Assembly: GCA_942493095.1 (NCBI GenBank)
Contig: OW818675.1
Location: 780,001-812,000 of the forward strand
DNA from: Candidatus Electronema halotolerans
GTDB lineage: Bacteria > Desulfobacterota > Desulfobulbia > Desulfobulbales > Desulfobulbaceae
Reading direction: 5' to 3'
DNA: 32,000 nucleotides
Shown here: positions 25,494 through 32,000 of the stretch, piece by piece
How the letters are laid out: each line of letters starts with the position of its first letter
Position numbering within the stretch: position 1 is the first letter of the stretch
The notes under the pieces: generated by a model
Databases searched by the model: none
Seen by the model: the letters and a program-made list of their open reading frames with translations, nothing else
Told to the model about the DNA's origin: nothing
Made by a program: the position numbers and the translations under genes

Positions 25494-25791
25494 GAAGTTC
25501 CTCCAGCCGGTACACATCCAGCCGTTTTTTGCGGCGGTACATGGAGATGATGATGGCCAAGGCCACGGCGATCTCGCAAGCCGAGACAGCCATGACAAAG
25601 ACCGGGAAGACCGCTCCGGCAACCGGATCCGCAGCCCGGAAATGGGCAAAGGCGGCAAAGTTGATGTTGGCTCCGTTGAGAATGATCTCCACCGAGAGCA
25701 GGATGCCGAGCAGGTTGCGTCTTGTCAACATGCCGAAGATGCCGATGGCGCAGAGAATCAGCGACAGGGCGATGCAATGGGAAAGGGTCAT
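25486..25791 (-). CDS. nuoK: NADH-quinone oxidoreductase subunit K
   Basis: 101 aa with 3 TM helices. Motifs LLSVEIILNGANINFAAF and ACEIAVALAIII. Confidence 0.92.
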   Translation of the reverse strand: MTLSHCIALSLILCAIGIFGMLTRRNLLGILLSVEIILNGANINFAAFAHFRAADPVAGAVFPVFVMAVSACEIAVALAIIISMYRRKKRLDVYRLEELHG

Positions 25792-26315
25792 TGTTTATCC
25801 TCCTTTTTCGGTTCCCGCCGGGACAGCACCACGGCCCCGATCAGGGAGGCCAGCAGCAGGAGCGAAATCACCTCAAAGGGGACTATGAAGCCGTTGTTGG
25901 TTGAGAGCAGACGAATGCCGATCTGGTCAATGGTCACTGGCGCGGCCCGATGCGTTTCTGTCAGCAGCGGCGAGGGATTGCGCTTGAAGAAGAGAAACAG
26001 GGCGGAGAGCAGGCCGACGACGATCAGCACCTTGCTGGCTTGCCGACCGAGCGTGACCCGGCTCAGGCTGTCATCCACGCCAAGGTCGTTGGTCAGGAGG
26101 ATGATGATCAGCATGAAGATGACAATGCCGCCGACATACAGGGCGATCTGCGCCAGAGCCAAGAACTCCATTTGCAGCATGATGTACAGGGCGGCAGTGG
26201 CAAAGAAAGAGCCGACCAGCGCAATGGCACCATGCAGGAGATTTGGCAGACTCACTGCCAGCAGCGACAGAATCACCATTGCTGCTGCCAGAATATAAAA
26301 GAGGAAATCGCTCAT
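25788..26315 (-). CDS. nuoJ: NADH-quinone oxidoreductase subunit J
   Basis: The start was moved to MSDFLFYILAAAMV, which forms a TGATG junction with the nuoI stop. It has the typical NuoJ TM pattern and its operon position fits. Confidence 0.88.
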   Translation of the reverse strand: MSDFLFYILAAAMVILSLLAVSLPNLLHGAIALVGSFFATAALYIMLQMEFLALAQIALYVGGIVIFMLIIILLTNDLGVDDSLSRVTLGRQASKVLIVVGLLSALFLFFKRNPSPLLTETHRAAPVTIDQIGIRLLSTNNGFIVPFEVISLLLLASLIGAVVLSRREPKKEDKQ

Positions 26316-26809
26316 CAGCAGGCTCCCGGAGTTGTGTTTTCCGTTTTGTTGAGCACCCAAGTCAGTTCGTTGCGGTCATACACTGCCAGCTCAAAATCTT
26401 TTGCCAGCTCAATCGCGCCAAAGGGACAGGCTTCAACGCAGAGGCCGCAGAAGGTGCATTGCGAGAGTCGGTAGATGTATTTTCCCAGCACCTTTTTTCC
26501 GGCAAGGTCTTTGGTCGGCAGGACGGAAATAGTGCCGTTGGGGCAAGATTTCTCGCAGATGCCGCAGGCCGTGCAGGCGTTATTGCCGTTTTCATCATGC
26601 GGCATGTGCAGATGGCCCCGAAAGCGGTCAAACATTTGCAGCGTGTCCCGGTTTTCCGGGTACTGCTGGGTGATGACCGTCTTGGGATTGGCAAAATACT
26701 TGATGGTGATGTCCATCCCCTGCATCAGGGTGTACAAGCCAGTGATCGTCTTATGCACGTAACGGCTGACGAACTCCAGCACGTTTTCTTTCTGGGCGAT
26801 TTCTTTCAT
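26315..26809 (-). CDS. nuoI: NADH-quinone oxidoreductase subunit I (2x[4Fe-4S])
   Basis: Two ferredoxin-type motifs: CTACGICEKSCP and CTFCGLCVEACP. Confidence 0.92.
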   Translation of the reverse strand: MKEIAQKENVLEFVSRYVHKTITGLYTLMQGMDITIKYFANPKTVITQQYPENRDTLQMFDRFRGHLHMPHDENGNNACTACGICEKSCPNGTISVLPTKDLAGKKVLGKYIYRLSQCTFCGLCVEACPFGAIELAKDFELAVYDRNELTWVLNKTENTTPGAC

Positions 26810-27627
26810 AGATACTTCCCTGAACGTTTCTGGTCAAGCAGCGGCAATTCTTTTTGTGATAATCCAGTTAATTTCATGACAAGCTCCACAGCAAGTCCTT
26901 CCTGAAGCATGGCCGCAGCAATCTCTTGTTGACGATTGCGTCTTCCCGTTTCCTGTCCCTCGATAAATTTTTTCTGCTGCAATTCTTCCAGATGAAATTC
27001 ATCAATCATCCACGCCCGCTCTTCCGGCGAAATTTGATCTCGGCGAATGGCCTCGAAGAGTTTCTGGATAGCAGACTGCCTGTATTGCGTTTCATCAACC
27101 TCTTCATCTAAGGTATCATTGATGGCCCGCAGCCAGTCCCGGCACGGTTCTGGGGTGTCCTCGTTGACATATTTTGGGCAAAGATAAATTACCTTGTGAT
27201 CAATCTCATGCAGCGGCCTGCCTTGCAAATCGTGCGGATCGAAATTAATCAGAGAAATATCCCGCTGATGTCGGTCGCCAGAAGTCAGCACCACCACCGT
27301 GAAAACCTTCAGATTGGGATGATAATTCTGCGCCTTGACAATTTGCTCCAGCAAGGCGGCGCAGTGATAATAGAGAAAACGGTCATAATGATCTGAGGTG
27401 CGGGCGTGTTGAATATCAACAATCACTCGATGTTGTAAATCTTCAGCAAAAAGATCAAATCGAGGTTTAATATAACCAACAGGAGGATCAAATTCCTTTT
27501 CCGTCTCCACATGATCGATTTCCAACGGGAGGCCGATGACATCCTTGGCAAAGGCAGTGAAAATTTCCGGGTCGCAGAATGCCTTTTTAAAAACAACTCC
27601 GTATTTCAACGAGGCAACTTGTTTCAT
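26806..27627 (-). CDS. Rpn/PDDEXK_2-family PD-(D/E)XK nuclease (recombination-promoting nuclease/putative transposase family)
   Basis: YGVVFKKAFCDPEIFTAFAKDVIGLPLEIDHVE ... RFDLFAEDLQHRVIVDIQH fits the family pattern. The start was moved to MKQVASL, which follows an AGGA RBS. Its stop forms an ATGA overlap with the nuoI start. Confidence 0.68.
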   Translation of the reverse strand: MKQVASLKYGVVFKKAFCDPEIFTAFAKDVIGLPLEIDHVETEKEFDPPVGYIKPRFDLFAEDLQHRVIVDIQHARTSDHYDRFLYYHCAALLEQIVKAQNYHPNLKVFTVVVLTSGDRHQRDISLINFDPHDLQGRPLHEIDHKVIYLCPKYVNEDTPEPCRDWLRAINDTLDEEVDETQYRQSAIQKLFEAIRRDQISPEERAWMIDEFHLEELQQKKFIEGQETGRRNRQQEIAAAMLQEGLAVELVMKLTGLSQKELPLLDQKRSGKYL

Positions 27628-27781
27628 GATCGTCCTATTACGCTGTTTGTCTGATAATTGCAGAGATGATGCCGGACAATTTTCCACATATTTAACATAA
27701 GTCATGTTTGCTTGAACAACAACAAATTGCTGTATTTTTTGCTCTCTTTTTTATGACAATCAAGTTGCTTTTATCAATTAT

Positions 27782-28549
27782 TTATACCTTACTATGAGCG
27801 TTGCTATCTGCTGTGATCATAGAAATGATTTCTTGTTTCACATAGACAAGGTGTTGATAGATGCGTTTCAAGTCGTCAAGTTTCGTTGCATCGAAATTTT
27901 GTGAAATAAAATATTGATATGTTTCACTTGCGAGTTTTTCAAGAATCACAAAATGCCAACTCCCTCCGATAATGTATGCTCCTTTGATCGTGTTCCACGT
28001 ATTGAGTTCCAGCGCGCTGATCAATTCAGCTAAAAGTTGAGGACGAGGATTGCCATATTCTTCGCTCCGTTTAAATTCTTGAATGAAAAAATATGGGCGC
28101 TTGCTCTCGACTAAGCCTTCAGCCACCACGAAGTCAACAGTCCCATTGAAGACAAAACGACTTGTGGCGTATGTCATGGACACTTCATAAAAATCTCGAA
28201 TGCGTCGTTCAAATGATGCAAAACGAACTCGTTTGAGCAGCGGGCCGATAAAGTTGATTTTCAAGTCCTCTTCACCATAGCTTTCCATCAAAACGGCATT
28301 CTCGTCAAGCAGCTCGGCCAAAAACGCTTCCGTTTCACGATCAATGTCAACTGATCTATCAAACCATTCATCAAACCGATGCTGATCAATATTCCGTTCA
28401 ATCTCAAATAGCGAGGTTAAGTCGCGATCCCGAATTTTGCTGTACTGATAGGTCGGAATCGGAGGTGTCTTTTTTCCTTCAAGGAAACTGACTTTCCTCT
28501 TGAGTTCTTCGATTTCCTGCAAGAGTTGCGTTTCAAACTCGCTCCTCAT
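27782..28549 (-). CDS. Hypothetical PD-(D/E)XK-fold protein (HsdR_N-like domain) with an N-terminal coiled coil
   Basis: EEDLKINFIGPLLKRV ... GTVDFVVAEG ... PYFFIQEFKRS ... QLLAELISAL ... GGSWHFVILEK shows a D...ExK arrangement. It is AT-rich. Confidence 0.5.
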   Translation of the reverse strand: MRSEFETQLLQEIEELKRKVSFLEGKKTPPIPTYQYSKIRDRDLTSLFEIERNIDQHRFDEWFDRSVDIDRETEAFLAELLDENAVLMESYGEEDLKINFIGPLLKRVRFASFERRIRDFYEVSMTYATSRFVFNGTVDFVVAEGLVESKRPYFFIQEFKRSEEYGNPRPQLLAELISALELNTWNTIKGAYIIGGSWHFVILEKLASETYQYFISQNFDATKLDDLKRIYQHLVYVKQEIISMITADSNAHSKV

Positions 28550-28602
28550 GCCATTATCTCTAGTGTAAGTTCATGCACGACATGATTTCATTGCAAAAAA
28601 GA

Positions 28603-29673
28603 TCACCCCGCCCAGCCTTGCGCGACAAACAGGCCAGACAGCATCAACAGGAGCAGATTGGCAGGCAGCATAATCCGCCATTCCAAATACATGAGCTGAT
28701 CGACCCGGATTCTGGGGAAGGTCCAGCGGAACCACATGTAAATAAAGACGATAAAAAAGGCCTTGGCAAAGAACCAGATGAAGCCGGGAATGAAGTTCAA
28801 CATAGGAAACGGTGCAAAAAAGCCACCAAGGAAAAAAGTGGTGATCAGGCAGGCTGAGACAAACATGTTGACGAATTCGCCCAAGAAAAACATGGCAAAG
28901 CCCATGCCTGAATATTCAGTGGCAAAACCGCCAGTCAGCTCAGATTCTGCCTCAGCAATGTCAAAGGGAGTCCGGTTCAGCTCCGCTGTGGAGGCGATCA
29001 GATACATGATAAAGGCGAAAATGCCGAGAAAAGGCAGCTTGAAAATCCACCAGTCAAAAATGGTGCCCTGCTGGGACAAAACAATGCCGCGCAGGGAGGC
29101 CGTGCCGGAGACCATGACAATCAGGAGCATGAGCAGGGCGATGGAAATCTCAAAGGAAACCATCTGCGCGCCGGAGCGCATCGCACCCAGGAGCGAATAT
29201 TTATTGTTCGAGGCCCAGCCTGCCAAGAGAATGCCGAGAACGCTGAGGCCGGACACACCCAGCACATAGAGCACTCCGCCTGCCGGGTCGGCCACTTGCA
29301 GGTGATGATCAAACGGAATGACCGCCAGCACAAGAAAGGCGGCACTGACCGGCAGGAGCGGGGCGAGGAAGAAAATAAAGGTGTCCGCGCCATCCGGCTT
29401 GAGAATCTCTTTGAAAATTGTTTTGATGCCGTCAGCCACGGCCTGAAGCAGCCCGTGCGGCCCAACCCGCATTGGCCCAAGACGGACTTGAAAATGGGCG
29501 GAAACCTTGCGCTCCAAGTAAATCAGCACTGCGCCCAAAGAGCCAACCAGAGCCATCAGGCTGAGGAGGGCCAGTAGTCCGTTGACCAGCACGGCAAGGT
29601 GGGGCGGAAAAAGACTGCGGACAAGATCGCCTATCGGGTTGTTGACCGGGTATGATTCTGGGTAAGGCAGCAT
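28603..29673 (-). CDS. nuoH: NADH-quinone oxidoreductase subunit H
   Basis: Motifs YLERKVSAHFQVRLGPMRVGPHGLLQ, TPFDIAEAESELTGGFATEYSG and RWTFPRIRVDQLM. Confidence 0.92.
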   Translation of the reverse strand: MLPYPESYPVNNPIGDLVRSLFPPHLAVLVNGLLALLSLMALVGSLGAVLIYLERKVSAHFQVRLGPMRVGPHGLLQAVADGIKTIFKEILKPDGADTFIFFLAPLLPVSAAFLVLAVIPFDHHLQVADPAGGVLYVLGVSGLSVLGILLAGWASNNKYSLLGAMRSGAQMVSFEISIALLMLLIVMVSGTASLRGIVLSQQGTIFDWWIFKLPFLGIFAFIMYLIASTAELNRTPFDIAEAESELTGGFATEYSGMGFAMFFLGEFVNMFVSACLITTFFLGGFFAPFPMLNFIPGFIWFFAKAFFIVFIYMWFRWTFPRIRVDQLMYLEWRIMLPANLLLLMLSGLFVAQGWAG

Positions 29674-29689
29674 GGCATTTCACCTGTGT

Positions 29690-30856
29690 TTAACGGTCGA
29701 TATCCGGGATGACTAAGTCGAGGGTTGACATGATGGTGATTAAATCCGCCACCTTGTGTCCGGCAGCCAGCTCGTTCAGCACGCTCAGGTTGGAGAAATT
29801 CGGCGAGCGGTATTTAAGCCGGTAGGGCTTGGCATCGCCTTCAGAGACAATATAAACACCGAGCAGGCCGCGTGGAGTCTCAACTTGGTTGTAATAACTG
29901 CCTTTGGGCAGCTTGTAATTCGGCTTGGGCTGGCTGCGGTGCGGCCCGCCGGGAAAGCGCGCCACTGCCTGTTCTAAAATGCGCAGCGATTGCTCCATTT
30001 CCTCCATGCGGACTTGGCAGCGGTCGTAGCTGTCGCCTGTGCTGCCGAGCGGAATGTCGAAATCAAACTGCTCGTAGATCGAATAGGGATCGTTGCGGCG
30101 GATATCGTAGTTGACCCCGGAACCGCGCAGCACTGGCCCGGTGCAGCCATAAGAAAGGGCTTTCTCTGGCGAGAGAATACCTATTCCCTTGGTGCGCTCC
30201 AAGAAGATGATGTTTTTGTTGAGCAGGGTTTGGTATTCGTCCAACTGCTTGCGCAAAAGAGGAATCAGGCTTTTGATGCGAGGAATGAAGCCATCCGGCA
30301 CATCTGCCGAGGCACCGCCGGGCCGGAAATAGTTCACAGTCAGGCGTGCGCCGCAGAGTTCTTCAAAAATATCGTTGATCAGCTCGCGCTCGCGGAAGCC
30401 ATAAAAATAGGTGGTGAAGGCACCCATGTCCATGCCGAGAACACCCCACCAAAGCAGGTGCGACTGGAGCCGTTGCAACTCGCTGACCATGACCCGGATG
30501 TATTCGCCGCGCTCCGGCACACCGATGTTCAATGCTTTTTCAACGGTCATGCAGAGGCAGAGATTGTTGAAAAAGGCGGACAGATAGTCGAGCCGGTCAG
30601 ACAGGTGGATGTTCTGGATGTATGTCTGGCTTTCCGCCATCTTCTCGATGCCACGATGGATGTAGCCAAGATGCGGCACCACTTCCACGACGGTCTCGCC
30701 GTTGAGCCGGACCACCACCCGGAGTACGCCGTGGGTGCTGGGATGCTGCGGCCCGATGTTGACAAAGAAGTCTTCCGCTTCGCTGTCCTCGGATAATGGC
30801 AGCTTGAAGCCTTCCGGTAACGGACTGGCAGATATGCCTACTGTTTCTGTTTGCAT
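29690..30856 (-). CDS. nuoD: NADH-quinone oxidoreductase subunit D
   Basis: Motifs NIGPQHPSTHGVLR, HLGYIHRGIEK and DLVIPDIDR at the C-terminus. Confidence 0.92.
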   Translation of the reverse strand: MQTETVGISASPLPEGFKLPLSEDSEAEDFFVNIGPQHPSTHGVLRVVVRLNGETVVEVVPHLGYIHRGIEKMAESQTYIQNIHLSDRLDYLSAFFNNLCLCMTVEKALNIGVPERGEYIRVMVSELQRLQSHLLWWGVLGMDMGAFTTYFYGFRERELINDIFEELCGARLTVNYFRPGGASADVPDGFIPRIKSLIPLLRKQLDEYQTLLNKNIIFLERTKGIGILSPEKALSYGCTGPVLRGSGVNYDIRRNDPYSIYEQFDFDIPLGSTGDSYDRCQVRMEEMEQSLRILEQAVARFPGGPHRSQPKPNYKLPKGSYYNQVETPRGLLGVYIVSEGDAKPYRLKYRSPNFSNLSVLNELAAGHKVADLITIMSTLDLVIPDIDR

Positions 30857-30893
30857 CTCATTCTCTCAGTTCAGGCGGCAACAGCAATGAATT

Positions 30894-31286
30894 TCATATC
30901 TCGGTCAAATAGCTGCTCATGATTTCGTCCAGCACTTCCGGCAAGGCAGGAGTTACAGCAAAAATGATTCCCGTGACTGTATGTTTATGTTCAGAAAAAC
31001 CAAGGGCAGGTTTATGGGCAGCATTGTTATAGCGAAATCGTAGCATGGCATCAGCATTCTGATAATGAAATGAATACATTTTTCTGTCAAGGCCATGCCG
31101 GAGATCAAGATACTCTTTGAAAAAAAGCGTTGAACCGTCGGTAAAAGTCACAATTCCTTTCAGCAGACCGAGCTGTTCTGTTCGCATATCTGCGGTCAGC
31201 TCAGAATGAACAAGCAGTTCACTGCGGCTGAACTCCGCAAGAACATTCTGAATATCAAGGACATATTCACTGAACAGCATACTCAA
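30894..31286 (-). CDS. DUF6516/TumE-like family protein (putative TA toxin component)
   Basis: GIVTFTDGSTLFFKEYLD ... YSFHYQNADAMLRFRYNNAAHKPALGFSEHKH resembles the DUF6516 pattern (..DGS.L...E....YsYH.....RYDNAPHH....PHHKH) as I recall it. This needs an HMM check. Confidence 0.5.
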   Translation of the reverse strand: MSMLFSEYVLDIQNVLAEFSRSELLVHSELTADMRTEQLGLLKGIVTFTDGSTLFFKEYLDLRHGLDRKMYSFHYQNADAMLRFRYNNAAHKPALGFSEHKHTVTGIIFAVTPALPEVLDEIMSSYLTEI

Positions 31287-31560
31287 TCTGTTGCAGCAGA
31301 TGGAGTTCTTCCAACACCGCTTGACGGATATTGATTTCTCCCATCCAGCTTACATAATCATCATCTCCGCCTGCCAAATCTTCCGCTGAACAGTCGTTCT
31401 GAAATTGTTCTGAAGACATATTGTATTTTTCTTCAAATTTCTGAATTTCTTTTTCTGTTTTCCGCAGGCCGATTTCGATGCGCCTCATTTTGGCGGCAAT
31501 GGCGGATTGAATAACAGGAAGTGCATTCTGCTGATCAGAAGCAATATGAAGCCGTATCAT
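31267..31560 (-). CDS. Small hypothetical protein, possible partner of the DUF6516-like gene
   Basis: 97 aa, helical and acidic. It overlaps the downstream gene by 20 nt. No family was recognised. Confidence 0.4.
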   Translation of the reverse strand: MIRLHIASDQQNALPVIQSAIAAKMRRIEIGLRKTEKEIQKFEEKYNMSSEQFQNDCSAEDLAGGDDDYVSWMGEINIRQAVLEELHLLQQIEYAVQ

Positions 31561-31579
31561 TTTTTCTATCCTTATGACT

Positions 31580-31996
31580 TTAGCTGTCCAGCACCTTGCC
31601 TCGCAACTGCTTGATTCTGCCCTGCCGTGTCTTCCTTTCCAAGCGTTTTTTCTGAGCTGCCTGTGTTATTCTGGTCGGCCTGCGCACTTTCTGCACAACC
31701 ATCGCCCTTTTGATCAAATCCCGCAGCCGCTCCAGCGCATCCTGCCGGTTCTGCTCCTGAGTCCGATATTGCTGGGCCTTGATGATTACCACGCCGTCCT
31801 TGCTCACCCGCGCATCGTTGAGGCAAAGCAAACGCTGCTTGCAGTGATCGGGCAGCGATGAGGCGTTGATGTCAAAACGCAGATGAATCGCTGAGGCAAC
31901 TTTGTTGACGTTCTGCCCGCCCGCTCCCTGCGCCCGGATGGCCAGCAGCTCAATCTCATGATGAGGAATGGAAATATTACGGGAAATGTGAAGCAT
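31580..31996 (-). CDS. arfB: Alternative ribosome-rescue factor ArfB (YaeJ), peptidyl-tRNA hydrolase
   Basis: 138 aa with the GGQ motif (AQGAGGQNVNKVASAIHLRFD) and a basic C-terminal tail (RRPTRITQAAQKKRLERKTRQGRIKQLRGK). Confidence 0.88.
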   Translation of the reverse strand: MLHISRNISIPHHEIELLAIRAQGAGGQNVNKVASAIHLRFDINASSLPDHCKQRLLCLNDARVSKDGVVIIKAQQYRTQEQNRQDALERLRDLIKRAMVVQKVRRPTRITQAAQKKRLERKTRQGRIKQLRGKVLDS

Positions 31997-32000
31997 GTTT

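Noticed and set aside
25494-25658. N-terminal extensions of nuoL (to 25658), nuoJ (to 26360), the Rpn-like gene (to 27705) and the TPR protein (to 22708) in the ORF track.
   Set aside because: The extensions overlap upstream conserved genes and have implausible composition. Internal ATGs give the usual short operon overlaps and canonical N-termini.

Overview
This is a chromosomal segment of a moderately GC-rich bacterium, with most genes on the minus strand. The gene content (11-subunit-type nuo operon, periplasmic CbiK, YgiQ) is reminiscent of Desulfobacterota, but that is inference only. Starts taken from the ORF track were revised where noted; hand-placed RNA and regulatory sites may be off by a few nt.

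Left third (1-9.9 kb): housekeeping genes. These are a partial ygiQ radical-SAM gene, an LptF/LptG permease, a DUF4445/ASKHA protein, a DHH phosphoesterase, two tandem GlgC paralogs, tRNA-Arg(CCT), UDP-glucuronate decarboxylase and gmd. An AT-rich type II restriction-modification cassette follows (9.9-11.9 kb); its methyltransferase carries a C-terminal, apparently inactive SNase-like domain.

Middle (12.2-17.5 kb): a cobalamin-riboswitch-controlled operon encoding a periplasmic CbiK-like protein, a BtuC-like permease and a BtuD-like ATPase. Immediately upstream, on the same strand, are two tandem paralogous genes for secreted, extremely Met-rich proteins with no His or Cys in the mature chains. 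I cannot place them in any characterised family. They sit at the window centre and are my top candidate for something undescribed.

Right half (17.7-32 kb): a complex I operon, nuoD-H-I-J-K-L-M-N, with no nuoEFG and no adjacent nuoABC. It is interrupted at three points by AT-rich, co-oriented cassettes of nuclease-fold and toxin-antitoxin genes: a DUF6516/TumE-like pair; an HsdR_N-like PD-(D/E)XK protein plus an Rpn/PDDEXK_2 protein; and Uma2, a truncated nuclease relative, a TPR protein and RHH-Doc. Some of these are translationally coupled to nuo genes. arfB closes the window. No CRISPR array, transposase, integrase or rRNA was seen.
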